Shown here: in pieces, positions 17,392 through 29,989 of the stretch
Numbering within the stretch: the stretch's first letter is position 1
How the letters are laid out: the number at the start of each line of letters is the position of its first letter
NCBI GenBank assembly: GCA_958009085.1
Contig: OY253669.1
Location: 186,001-250,000 of the forward strand
Length of the DNA: 64,000 bases
From: Protoeuglena noctilucae
Lineage: Eukaryota
Direction of reading: 5' to 3'
Notes under the pieces: generated by a model
Seen by the model: only the letters and a program-made list of their open reading frames with translations
What the model was told of the DNA's origin: nothing
Database searches by the model: none
Translations under genes and position numbers: made by a program

Positions 17392-19907
17392 TCAACGCCG
17401 GCCAGCGCGCTTGCCCCGCTTGGCCAAGAAGCTCTCGATCTCGGCGCGCGTGAGAGGGACGTCGTCGGGGAGCGCCGATCCCTCGTCGCCGTCCATCGTG
17501 TCGTTGATGCCTGGCATCGTGATGGAGGGCAGCGCGGGGGCCTGGCCTGCAAGGGGTGCGGCGGAAGGCGGGGCTTGCTGTCATCAAACGCACCAAATCC
17601 CGGTCATGACACATGACTGGGTCCTGGTCTAGTCATCATCCAAAGCGCCCCAGGCATCCGCGGCCTCTCCGCCGCGCTCTCCGCCAAGTCTCACCTCCCG
17701 ACCCGCCCGCGCCCAGCAGGGCGGCCAGGTTGGTCCCCGTGGCGTCCAAGCCCTGCGTTGCCGCGTAGGACGCCAGGATCTCGTTGATGCGCTGCTCAAT
17801 CACCCCGAGGTACTGCATCATGTTGCCGTCCGTGACCCCGCCCTCCCCGAGCAGCTCGCGGTTCGCCCCTGAGTCGCATCCCAGCTTGTCGAACATGGTC
17901 TGGATGCCCTGCCGCAGCGTCCCCATCGCCTCCGTCGCGGCGTGGTGCTTGCGCTCGTACTGCTCCGCACGCGCCTCGGTGCGCGACAGCTTCTCTTCCA
18001 ACTCCCGCAGCAGCTGCTTCCGCTGCGCCTCGTGGGTGTTGCCCTGAGAGCGCAGCGAGGCAGCACCGCGGTTCGCCCGGCGTGGCAGCGCGACGCGCAC
18101 CGCCTGGCACTCCTGTGCGCCGGTGTGCCACGCCCCCGTCCACCACTCCTCACCTGGCTACGGTACCGGTCGATCTCCGCCTTGATCTCGGCCATCTGCT
18201 CCTCGAGCTTCTCCACCTCCTGGTTAAGCTCGTTGACGTAGTTGAACAGGCTGAAGTTCTCGTCCTCCACGGCCACTGCGGGCGCAAGGGCAGGGCGTAG
18301 CTCGGTGCCCTGCCCAGAGCGGCGCAGGCGGACGGGCACCCTTGTCTCCGCATCCGCAGCGCGCCGTTGTACTCACCGAACTTGGATACGAGCTCCTCCA
18401 CGTCCTGGCACCCCGTCTCCTCCTTGATCTTCTCAAAGACGTCGCTGAACGTCTGCGCCTTGTCCAGGTTCTGGTTGTGCTGCACCTTGGCCTCCATCAC
18501 CTTCCAGTTGGCCTTGGCCGCCGTCTTGGCCTTGGACTGCGCGGGCGACCACCGACGACAGTGAATGGCGCGCCGCCTGCCACCGCACCCGCCCTCTCAG
18601 CGTCGCATCTGACGCCGTTGTCACCTTGGCATCCTTCTCCTCCTCCCGGTCCGTCTCGGCCTTGGCAACCTGCAGGTCCATCAGCTTCTTCCGATTCTCC
18701 GCAATCGCCTGCCCCAGCTTCTCCCACCGGCGCCGGAACTCCTCTTGCTCGAGGTCAGCCTGGCGCTTGAGCTGCGCCATCTGCTCAATGGCCTGGTCCC
18801 GCTCCTCGTACGCCCGGTTGGACTTCTCGATGATGGCCTCCATCTTGCGCTTCTTCTCCTGCAGCTCCCGCTCCAGCTTCCGGTAGATCTGCCCGAACAC
18901 CAGCCGCTCCCGCCTGCGAGAGCGACGTGCGCCCCCGTCGCGCGACGCAGCTCCGGGTCTGGAGCGCCTCCAGGCCGCCGCGCGATCCGGCAGCCTCACC
19001 TGAGCGAGTCGATCTGCTCGCGGAGCCGCTTGTTGTGCGCGACCGCCTCGTTGTACTTGACGTACGCCTTCTCGAGCCGGTTCTCGAGCACCTTGATCTG
19101 CTTCTGCACCTGGGCGTTGTTCTCGCGCGCCGCGTTGATCCCACCCATCTTTTTCCTCTGCGGCGGCGACGCGCGCGGCGGCTGAGTCGCGGAGTCGCCG
19201 GGGTGCGAGGGGAAAGGCGACGCGCCGTGCATTTGGGCGGCGCCGACCTGGTTGATGATCTCATCCTGCCCCTCCTTGATCTCCTTGTCGAGTATCTTCA
19301 CACGCTCCCGCTCCTTCTCGATCCGCTCCTCGAGAGCGCGCGCCTGGGGAGGGAACCATGGGAGCCTGCCATGCAGCGGCGTCCCGGCCACTCTGGGGCT
19401 ACGGCGTGCCCGTCCACACGCTCCATCGCATTCTGTACCCCCGACGCAATCGTGTACAGCACGGAGTACGGGCCCATAGCGGCGCGGGCGCACCTGGTTG
19501 TTCAGCTTGGCAATTTGCCATGCTGTGTTGGGGTTGGAGGCCGAGGCGCTTGCTTCCTTGCGCTCGCGAATCAAGTCTTGAATCATGCGGCTGTTCTCCT
19601 GCTTGAGACGCTCCATTGCCACCCTGCGGGCGCGGGGACGGGTGCGCATGTCCCACCTGCACGCCGCATCCGCGGCACAAGCGCCCCGCAGCCCATCCCG
19701 CGGGTGCGGTCCACGCTCCCGGCTGGACGTGCCCGACGCCGGCCATGTCACGGTCCGGCAGAGGCTGCGCGAGGCATGCGTTGGGTGGGCAACGCGGGGG
19801 ACGTCGGGGGAGCGAGAAGGGACGCCAGAGCCCTGCCTGCGACTCCCGCATGCTCACTTGGGGTTCAATGCCCCCGTAAGGGACATCTCTGTGCTCTCCG
19901 GCCTCAT
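17392..19907 (-). CDS. ODA1: Outer dynein arm docking complex subunit DC2 (CCDC63/CCDC114 family), coiled-coil
   Basis: KKMGGINAARENNAQVQKQIKVLENRLEKAYVKYNEAVAHNKRLREQIDSLRRER, EDENFSLFNYVNELNQEVEKLE and GVTDGNMMQYLGVIEQR. The start position is approximate. Confidence 0.88.
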
Positions 19908-20257
19908 GTCCCCGCCCTACGGCTCCGTGCGGGAGTCCCGCAAGGTGCTCCTTCCAACCCCGCCCTCGCTCGAAAAGACCAAAGTCGTTATTATTTGCGG
20001 ACGAATGGCAGCAGCTCTCTGCCGCAGAGCACCGCGACCTTCGACCGGCGCGAGGGGATGTCCTGGGGGACGGCGCCCGCGTACCAGTGTCGCCCTTTCA
20101 GCGATCGCCGACGACTCACCCGCAAAGCAGCGCGTGGAAAATGGCTGGAGAATTGCTTATCTTGGCGCATCGGCAGTCCGACAGCGCTTGCCAGTTTAAT
20201 CGACCCTTCATCAGCGAAGTAACACCGTTAACGATCGTCCGATCGCATGCCAAGGGG

Positions 20258-21414
20258 TCACGACGGAGAGGCAGCGCATAACTCGAGCTCCTGGTAGTCC
20301 CACAGCCTCCGGAGGGGACGGCCCTGGCGACACGCCTCCACAGCCCTCGCCGCGATCGCCTTGATGTCCTGAGATCCGCAGAGCTGGGTTAAACGATCGA
20401 TATGTGCGCCAGACACCCCAGGGGCGATCAAAGGACAGCGCCAAGCCACCACCCCGCACCTCGTGGATGGCGTCGATGTCGCGGCAGGCGTCGAGCACCT
20501 CCCAGTCCGCGACGCGCGAGCTCATCGCCTCAAACTCCCTTGCCACGCGCTCCTGCATCTCCCGGCGCTCGTAGCGCTCGCCTCCGTAACAGCCCCTCGC
20601 GGCAGCCACGTCTTGCGGCACGTCCAAGTAAACCACTGCGAGAGGAACGGCACACGTTGGTCTTCCAACCGCCTGCGATCCCGCCGTGACACCTAGCGAC
20701 GTGCTTGGAACTGCCTCACGGCAGCAGGTTCACGCAAGCGTTGGCGCACCTACGTCGGGCGCCACGAGGCCTTGGTCGGGCGCAGAGCACCAGTCGCGCG
20801 TCAGACCCGGCGTCTCCTTGGCGGACGTGAAGGCCACCCCGGAGAAGGCGTACCGGTCGGCGACCACCGTGACACCCTGGGAAAGCTTCTGCAGCAGCGC
20901 GGCCCGCTTCTCCCACCGATTGGCCGAGAAGAGCAGGTGAATGCAAGCATCGTCCATTTCCACGCCAGAGCTGAGGTACGCGTTGATCATCTTCCCAATC
21001 TCCGTCGTGCGGTCCGGGAAGCGCCAGAGCTCGGCCTTGCAGCCCTGCGCGCAGCAGCGCACTACTTAGTAGGTGCCTGGCATGTGCCAGCTCACATCCA
21101 CCGCCCCGCATCCAAGGAGCACTGCCAGCGGTGTGTCGCACGGCGATCGGCCCCCGTGCTCAGACGCCATGTCTCACCAGCGAAGTCAGGTGCTCCACGA
21201 GCCGCGTCGTCTGGGTCGTCTTGCCACAGCGGTCAACGCCCTCGAAACATATGAAGGCGCCCCGGGGCGGGAGATGGTCCCGTGAGGGCACTCCGCCGGC
21301 CTTGGCAGATGAGGCGGCCTGCCCCACCTGCACAGCAACACTCAACTTTGCAATGTGTGGGGAGAGAGCGGCAATGGCAGCACCTGCCAGCCCATCATCG
21401 CCCACGACCAACAT
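20258..21414 (-). CDS. TMK: Thymidylate (dTMP) kinase; a possible upstream transit-peptide exon starts at 21833
   Basis: RGAFICFEGVDRCGKTTQ (P-loop), RFPDRTTEIG, IHLLFSANRWE, VVADRYAFSGVAF and YGGERYE. Confidence 0.93.
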
Positions 21415-22233
21415 GCGATGCCCTGGACGGCCGCGGTCGCGGCACGCACCCTGTACGAGCTTGCTGTGTTGGGCTCGAGGGGCGCAAGGACGGGGCCGCT
21501 CATCGGGGCCGCACCGCTGGACTGCATCGTGCGCGCGGGAGCCCGGAACAGGGGCGCGCCTGAACCGGGTAGCGAATTACAACGTGCCTGCGTCGACGCA
21601 CAGGGTCGGGGTGCGTTGATAGTCGCTGTGCGGGCCTGGGCGTACCCATGTGGCCTTGCCGCACGCCTCACGCTGAGCGCAGCACGCTGGCCGATACGGG
21701 CAGGTCTCTCCCACGCGGTGACGAGCGTCGTCAATGGGGTAAAACCCCTGGCTGGGGCCGGGCGCGTCCAGGAGCTCCAAAGTTGAAGCAGGCACGACAC
21801 GCTCGCTGGGCTCGCTGGGGCTCCCCTGACCATGCGCGCGAGCGGGAGGGGTTGTCACACGCTCCAGTCACTTCCAAAACACAAGCGAGCGGCCGTTATA
21901 ATCTAAGGATGCAAGGAGCGCAGCGGACGGCCTAGAAACGTGTTTGAATGGTGGGGGCCGAGCGACGCCACCGGCGCGAATCCGCAGCTCGGGCAGTGAC
22001 AGAGCAGTTCGGGTGAGGCGACGGTGGAGCTGAGCGCGTGGCCAAGAAATGGCGCACTGACACACGGACCTTGCGCCGGAAAGGGGCTGCAAGCGATGAC
22101 CGATCCGCAGACTGTGTGGCGTGATGTGTTCTTCAGATGACCATTCCTGCGCTGGTACGCTGAAGGGTGCCAAAAGGACTGGGCGGGGACTGGGTAGGCA
22201 GCCTTACGTGACGCCGTGTTGGGCACGTGAGGG

Positions 22234-24019
22234 ATGCAGGGCGGCCCAATGATGGCAGTCCCGCGGGCGGGTACGAGAAAGGAGCGGAGGGTGGTGCTCA
22301 TTACCGGGGCGAACATCGGCATCGGCGCGCAGACGGCCCGGAAGCTTGCGGCTCGCGGCGACCACGTCGTTATGGCTTGCAGGTGCGTTCCCCGCCTGTT
22401 CAAGCCTTGCTGATACGTAGATGCTAGCTCACGCGACTTGCACTCGCGCGCTTACCCGCAGGAACCAGCGGGCGGCCGAGGAGATGGCCAACCGCATTCG
22501 GGACGAGCTCGGGGGGGACGCGTCGATTGAGGTCGGGCCACGGCTGGATTTGACGGACCGGGAGAGCATCAGGGACTTTGCGGCCAAGTTTAAGGCGGCG
22601 CATGATCGCCTGGATGTGCTGGTGCGGGCTCTCTCGGAGTGCTTAGGGCGGGGGCACGGCTGTGCCCAATTCATCGGTTCGCGGCCCCCCGTCCCATTAG
22701 GAGTGCGCAGGGGCGGCGACGCTGTGTGTCATGAGCAGGTCTCATGGTGTGCCCCGTCCATTCGTGGGTCCCAGATTAACAACGCGGGGATGGGGCCGAT
22801 GCCGGACGAGAAAACGGCCGACGGGGTGGTCATCATGGTGCAGACGAACTACCTGGGCCCGTATCAACTCACGCGCCTGCTGGAGGACGTGCTGGCCAAG
22901 ACGGCCGCCGCTCACGGCAGCGCGCGGATCGTCAACGTGTCGAGCATCACGCACCGCCTCGCGTTTATCCCCAAGTACGTCGGCGTTCCCGCACATGCAT
23001 GCTACCGCTCGTGCCAGGCAAGCAAGCAACGGTATCTAATCCAGGGGCCTGGTCGTCAGAGCTCTCCCTTCGTCAACTGCGCGCAGGGTGGAGGACTTCC
23101 TCCGCGTGTTCAAAAGGGGCCAGTACGCGCACACCAAGCTCGCGAACGTGCTCTTCACCTACGAGGCCCAGCGAAGGTATGCAGCCCTGGGCATCGAGAA
23201 CTGTGCGGTGGACCCGGGTGAGTGGCCACGTGGGGGTGTCGGCAGGTGGCGTTGGGTAGGGTAGATGAAGCTTGATGGGTCGCCCTGATGCCCGCTGCAT
23301 GTATCTCCGTTTAGAAACCTCAGAAACCCTTTCTTTCTTGGTATGCAGGTGGGGTGAAGAGTGACATCTGGAACAAGCAGGCAGAGAAGTTGGTGCACGG
23401 GGGCCCGATTCGGTGGATGATCAAGGTGAGGGCGATGCTGCGAGCTTGGGTGCCCAGCCCTGCGCACTGTACACCCGCTGGCGCATGGCTCAGCGATCGC
23501 ACCGTGAGCAAACGCAGGCCTTTTACGCCCCTGTGGAGGACGGTTGCTCTGCCGTTGTGCACGCGGCGACCATGGACTGGGCAAAGGACAAGAGGAGTGT
23601 GAGGCCTGAGGAGGACCTGCGCTTCTACGCTCGTGGTATGTTCGCGTCCCCGCTCGTCACCTGGGCTCCCAGCGGGGGCGGCCGTGGCCTCTCACGCGCA
23701 TTCTGGAGCCTCGCCTTCCTCATTGCGAGCCTTTGTGACTACCCCATGCGATTCTTTACAGGCGAGGGCCGACGGCAGTGCACCTGATGCTCATTGGCAC
23801 TTCTCCTCTCTGCGGCGCCGCATCACCACCTGCCGTGCCGCCCGCTGTCCCGCAGGCGGCCTCCTGGCCAGCGGGACCTACTCGGTGCGCAGTAACCCGT
23901 GCACGCACGACACCAAGCTGTGCGCGGAGCTGTGGGATACCTCTGCCGACCTCCTGAAGCTCCCGCGGCAGCCGAGCGGCGCAAAGGGCACGGCGTCCGA
24001 CGCTGGCAAGGTGCACTAG
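22234..24019 (+). CDS. Short-chain dehydrogenase/reductase (retinol dehydrogenase/WWOX-like)
   Basis: VLITGANIGIG, LDLTD, INNAG, TNYLGPYQLT, RIVNVSS, the YAHTK catalytic YxxxK, and VDPGGVKSDI. Confidence 0.9.
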
Positions 24020-24032
24020 GCCGTGATTGTAC

Positions 24033-26790
24033 TCAAGTGTCCTTTAAAGCCCCGCTGTGCGCCAGGATAGCATGTAGTGCGCGCTCCATCCGTGTCCCTC
24101 GGCTCCCCTTGACCACAACCACGTCGCCTCTCTGGACGAACAGCGGCGCTACTGCACAAAGGTCGGCAGGGTTCTCAAAGGCTACGGCAACAGCCGTCGC
24201 ACGTGACCCCTCCGCCCCTCTGCTGCCTGTGTGAAAGTGCTTGTCCGCTTGCCGTTTTATTTGGTCCCCATCCTGGCACCCAGAGTCTGACGATCCCGTC
24301 ACACAGCCTGGCGGGAAGTGTGCCACGACGACCTGGGACCCTTGGAGCGTCGCTGGCACCCTGGCAGACAACCCGACACCCGTACTGCCCTCTCCGTTGA
24401 TCCTCACGAGGGCCTCCTCGATGCTGCATGCGATGCAAGCGAGACCCCACTCCTCTCCCAACGCCAGCAAACCCTTGAAGTAGTCTGTGCCCGCCAGCAG
24501 AAACACCCCCGGCGAGCCACTGCTCCTGACGACTTCGTCGGGAGCATGCCGAGCCAAGCTGACGATGGCGCCCACCATACGTGCCAGCGTGGCCTGGTGC
24601 AGACCCACGCTCTCCTCTCCCAACTCTTGCATGTCTCCAAGGACCATCAGCAGCCGCCCTGTCGGCTTTGTCGCCCGAGGTGGCGCCCCACGCAATGCAC
24701 CCAGCAGGGACGTGGCAGAGAGGAAGGCACCCCACAGGCTCGCCGGGTTGCAATTGTACGAATCGTCGACCACCCAAGTGTCTGGGACGCCCCTGTCGGC
24801 ACCCGGAACCTCGATGGCGTGCACGCACAGCCGGCCGGGTGATGCGGCGGTCGCTGAGCTCGACGCCAGGGCCGCCCTGGCCGCAGAGACGTCTCCCTCA
24901 ACAAGCATTACGACGAGCAGTGCCAGCGCGGCGTTGCGGGCGTTGTGCAGACCAATTCCTGGAACCTCCAGCGTGACCCACCGTCCCGTTCCTGCCTCGC
25001 CCACCCTCGCGGGGCCTGGGGGGCCGGCGTTGCGCCCAGCGGCAGCCAGCGACATGACGCCACGAGCGGCCAACGCCGCTTGGCCAGACGCCACGCTGTC
25101 AAGGGACGGCAGCAGCACTTGGGCCGTCGTCACCGCACGTGCCGTGTCAGGCTGCCACGCGACGCGCACGTCTCTGAGGATGACCCCTCGGCGGACCCAC
25201 TGAGGAGCGCCGCGGCATCCGGAGACGCGCTCGAGGGTAGAGATGGCGGCGTCCACCTCCTCAGGCGAACCGCAGACGCAGGTCGGAGGGGGCGGCACGC
25301 CTGCAGCCACGCAGCGTCGAGCGAAGTCGGCAAGCAACGACAGCGCGGCTGCGTCTCCGTCGCCCGTCCCGGCTGCGGGGGAGGACAGGAGAGCAGCTGC
25401 CGCTATTGCGACCCACGATATTGCGATCGTAAAGTTCAGCTGGGGGATGGCCACCGACACCATATAAGCGCGTTTCATACGTGCCAGGGCGACCACGCTC
25501 ACCCGAGAGAATTACGACGGGAGGCTTGGCCTGCCCTGGCGCCCCTAGCCCCTCCATCTTGCATGCAGCGACGCCAGCCACGGTGCCCCCGCAGCCTGCC
25601 AGGTGGGCCTCCGCCACCCCGGTGAAGACGCGCACGTCGGGATCGCTTGCCGACGTCAGCGCTGCGATCTCGCCCGGGCCACTCATGCCCATCTCCAGCA
25701 CGACTGCCTGGGACGTCTGCGGTGCTGCCAGGAGCGTCAGGGGCAAACCCACCAAGTTGTTCTCGTTTCCCTGCGAAAAGAGGCGCAAGAAAGGCGCATT
25801 TTGATGAGAAACTGTTAGCAGAGACCATTGGATGGCCCAAAGGCGACAGCGGTGGAACGAGGACGAAAGCACGTTCGCGGGAATGGGCCCAAGGGGCAGG
25901 TGCAAGCCACGCAGGACACTCACGCGGGTCTTGTGCACGGACGCGCCTTGCGCGGCCAGGCACGCAGCTGCCACTTCCTTCGTCGTCGTCTTCCCGCAGC
26001 TGCCCGTCACGCCCACCACCACGGCGCCCCGCCGGCCGAGAGCGACGCGGCTCGCGCGTCCGAGATCGAGCACCGCTGACGCCGTGTCGGGCACGCAAAC
26101 GACCGCGACGGCCCGGCGCTCTGCCTCGGCCACGACGTCGGCCGCGGCCTGCGCCCAGGCACGGTCCACCACGATGCCCAAGCAGCCTGCCTCAATCGCG
26201 GCCCGCGCGTAGCTGTGGCCGTCCACGCGGCTGCCCCGCAGAGCCAGGAACCACGCGCGGCTGGGCAGCATCCTCGTGTCCGTGCTCACAGGCCCTGCGC
26301 TGTCGGTGGGGAGCATTGTGGGCGAATGACTGCGAGATTCCGGCGCTGAAGGCCTTGGCTGCTGAGCGCGGTGACGCCGCGGCTCACCCTTGCCGACGCT
26401 CGCCCCCAGTTTCATGGGGGCAGCTAGTGTGGAGCCAGGCAAGGCGCCCAGGAGGTCTGCGGCAGACCACACCGCTGGCCCCGCATCACGTTCGCCGGCC
26501 ACTCCATCAGCAGTTGCAGACTGCGGTCACGAACCCGTGGCTCCGTCTCGTTCAAGGATCGCGGCGCTGAGCTAGACGCACGCCGCATCGTGGTGCACGC
26601 TTGCCTTCACCAGGTGCACTCTGCCGCCCTTTGGCGGGAGTCTGCAGATCCCCCGAATCCAATATGCTTGTAAGCGTGCAGGGGTGGGCCCTTGTCTAGC
26701 GAATCGCGGCGGCCGTGCCAGCGGGCACGCAGGGCGATGGCCGGCGGAGCATAAATGCCCGGCCCGCCCCCGGCCGGCATGGCCGCGCAT
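24033..26790 (-). CDS. murF: UDP-N-acetylmuramoyl-tripeptide--D-Ala-D-Ala ligase; nuclear, intron-containing, probable plastid transit peptide
   Basis: DTRML..AWFLALRGSRVDGHSY, VVGVTGSCGKTTTKE, GNENNLVGLPLTL, VLEMGMSGPGEI, AEAHL, HNARNA, VVDDSYNCNPASL, VLGDMQELG...H and VVVKGSRGTRME. The start at 26790 is inferred. Confidence 0.9.
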
Positions 26791-27159
26791 CGCGGATCAA
26801 CCACCCAGATGCGATGTCGTTTCGCGCCACAAAGGGAAAGGGCGGTAAGGCTCAATTGCCAGAAGCGTCGCTGACATTGACAGTTTGCGGAGCTGCGGGG
26901 CACCAGCTCGCCCAACAACGCCGTTGTGGGGAGGCCAAACAATCAGCAGTCAGTGCCTTGGCCAGCAGCAAACAACAGGACACATCTGATGCTTGGGGGA
27001 GCCCACTTTCGAAACCTAGCCCTGCCGCTTGCCGCTTGATTTGAGCTAGCGCTCGGCAAGGATCTAAAGAGCTGGCGGGGCCGCCGATCCAGCCGTTCCG
27101 CCGGTGGCTGTGCAGGGTTTCGTGCGGGACCCCGCGCTCCCTTCCCGCTCCCGCGCACA

Positions 27160-29778
27160 ATGTCGGGCCTGGACCCCTATCAAACGCTCAATCATATCAC
27201 CGATGAGGTGAGCAGCTGCAGATCGTCGTCGGCCGCGGGCCGCGGCTCCAGCCTGTGCGGGCCAGCGTCGTGGCATGCGACGATGTCCCGACGCAGCGCC
27301 GACCCCGACTGGCCCCCGCCCGTCACCGCAGATCTCCAAACTTACGAGGAAACTTGGCCTGGTATGCGAGAGCCTGTACGGCCCCGCGGGGATCCGCGTC
27401 AAACCTTTCCACGTGCGCCGGAGCAAGAACGACCTTGCCATCGTCGTGCCGCCAATGCACTACATCCCCATCAGGCAAGCGCAAGATGATGTGACACAGT
27501 GTGTCGTCTGCCCCTGCATCGCCGCATCTGACCCCTCGTACACCCTCCCGCCCATCCCCAGCGAGGAGACGCTGGTCGACACGCTTGCTGAGCGCCTCCA
27601 AGGCCGCGAGCAGGACCGCTTCCGCGAGCTCGTGCGGCAGCTCAACATGGCGACGGGCTCCCTCTACTTCCACCAGCGCCAGTACCTCCTGCGCCTCTTC
27701 GAGCCCTTCGCGGCCGCTGCCGATCGCCGCACCGTGCTCGTCAAGCAGGGCGCCGAGCTCTCGGACGCGGACCTGGACCAGGCGGAGCTGGAACTGCTGC
27801 GCGAGGTGCTCGTGATGATGAGCGGGGCCAACTACAACATCCTGACGGGGGTTGAGTGGCAAGCGGCGCTGGCTGAGGCGTACCTCATCACCATGCCGGT
27901 GGAGGTGAAGCACGAGGGGGTGTCGGATGAGCTCATCCGGAAACTGTGGACCGAGTCGCACCAGAAGTTCGCGATGCTGCTGCCGGAAGAGATACGCGAC
28001 CGCATGCTCGTCTTCCACCGGGGCCTCACCCAGCTGCGCATGCGCAAGCGCCACCTGGGGCTCAAGCTGGACCTGCTGTTCCAGTACACGCTCGAGTGGG
28101 CCGGGCGCTGGGTGCTGTGGCTCTTCCTGCGGCTCGTGACGTGTGGGCGGTACCCGCCCGTCACGGTCTGGATGCCGGCCCTGGACCAGCTGGCCAAGGA
28201 CATGGCGGCTGACACGGACAGCGACTGGCTCGAGGGGCGCATGGGCGTGGAGGTTGCCAAGGACAAGCTGCTGGGCAAGGTGGGGGAGGAAGCTGAGGGG
28301 GGCACGTGAGGTGCACTGGTGCCAGCAGGCGCAGTGGCCATTGGCATGGGGGTTGCGGTGGCGTGCTGTAGGTTGGAGCAAAGCATGACCCGCGTCGCCT
28401 TCTCCGCCGGCGCAGTTGGCGGACCTGGAGGCGGGAGCGGCGGAGCCGAGGGGGGAGTCCCGGTCAAAGAAGGACGACGACGGGATCGACGAGGCGGAGA
28501 TGGCAGGGGTGTCGTATCGGCGCACGATCCACCGTGCGCTCCCGACCATGTGGTCCGTGCTGCGCAACTTCTTCAAGGAGATCGACATGTACGAGCCCAG
28601 TTTCCAAGAGATGGTGATTGTGTACCGGCGGCGGGTGGTGGACGAGAAGGCGGAGAGCCGGGAGCAGGTGATGAGGACGTCGTCCCTGCGCGCGAGGCTC
28701 GAGACTGACAAGGACCGGGCGCTGAACGGCGCGGCCTCCAAGCCAGGGAAGGGTAGCAAGGGCGGCAAGCAGAAGCTAGAGGCGGTGCTCGACACGATCG
28801 AGGGGGAGGTCGAGGAGATGCAGATGCACAAGCACACGTACAACTTCCGGCGGAACATCTTCATCAAGAGCTTCAAGGTGCGCCCCTGCCCCTGCGTGCT
28901 CTGCATGTCGCACGCCACGCCGCTGCGCCCACGCCGTCCCCCTCCCGGGTGTCCTTTGCAGCAAGTGCCGCTGGCCGACTTGGAGCCCGTCATGCCCGAC
29001 AAGGTCATCCACTTCGACGCACGTACTCTGTTCTCCATCTGGGCCTCCATCATCGTCGGCATCATCGTGGGGATTTACACTCTGTATCGCGCACTGGGCA
29101 AGGTGAGGGCAGAGCAACAAGTCTGGCCGTGCATTTCAGCTACACCTGTTGGTAGACACTGGCCCCGCCTCTGCTTCCCCGCAGAACAAGACCAGCGTGG
29201 GCAGCATCACGGCGGCGCTGGCGTTCGCGGCGGCGCTGCTCATCCGTGCCCAGGTGGCCTTCTTCCGCCTCCAGGCCAAGCGCGGCAAGGCGACGGAGCT
29301 CATGATGACGTCGCTGTTCAACTGCGCGGAGAACACGCAGGAGGGCGTGCTGCTGTCCACACTGCGTGCCATGGAGTCCGAGCAGCACAAGGAGGACCTG
29401 CTGGTCTACTTCACGCTCTTGCGCTCCCGGCAGCCCCTGAGCGCCTCGGACCTGGACGCCGCCTGCGAGTCGCTGCTGCGCAACCTCTTCGCGGCGCGCG
29501 TGGACGTGGACATCGACAAGATCGTCGACCGGCTCAAGCAGTTCGGCCTCGTGCGGGCCTCGAGCGACGGCCTCCTGCGCCCTGTGTCGGTCGACAGCGC
29601 CGTCCGCATCATGCAGCACCTCGCCTCGGTCGCCAGCACCTTGCCGGAGCGCAACGCGTGCCTGTTCGTCAAGCAGATGCTCGTGGACGACCGCTTCCTC
29701 ACCACGGAGGACTGGGGCATCGAGGCCAAGGCGTTCGAGGACAACACGAGGCTCGTGCAGTCGGGGTGGTACTGGTGA
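27160..29778 (+). CDS. TMEM143/DUF3754 family membrane protein
   Basis: MLVFHRG, EPSFQEMVIVYRR, NIFIKSFKQVPLADLEPVMPDK followed by two hydrophobic segments, then EQHKEDLLVYF and LDAACESLL...VDVDIDKIVDRLKQFGLV. Confidence 0.8.
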
Positions 29779-29989
29779 CCAGCATGGGCACCAGCGCCTT
29801 GCTTCTTGCAAGTGGCCGTCGCTCATGGAGGTGTCGCTCGGCCCAGCAGCGATAGGCATGTAGGGCAGCATTCACGCCTGCGGTAGCTCCTACCCAGCAG
29901 TCCTAGTCGGCCCCGGCAGCAACCAGACAATGAGACTCAAACTGTGCTTGCAAAATGTACGCTATGAACTACTCTGCGCCACCTGAGCC

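Noticed and set aside
24033..26790. murF as bacterial contamination
   Set aside because: It has spliceosomal introns, matches the local composition, and sits tightly between eukaryotic genes.
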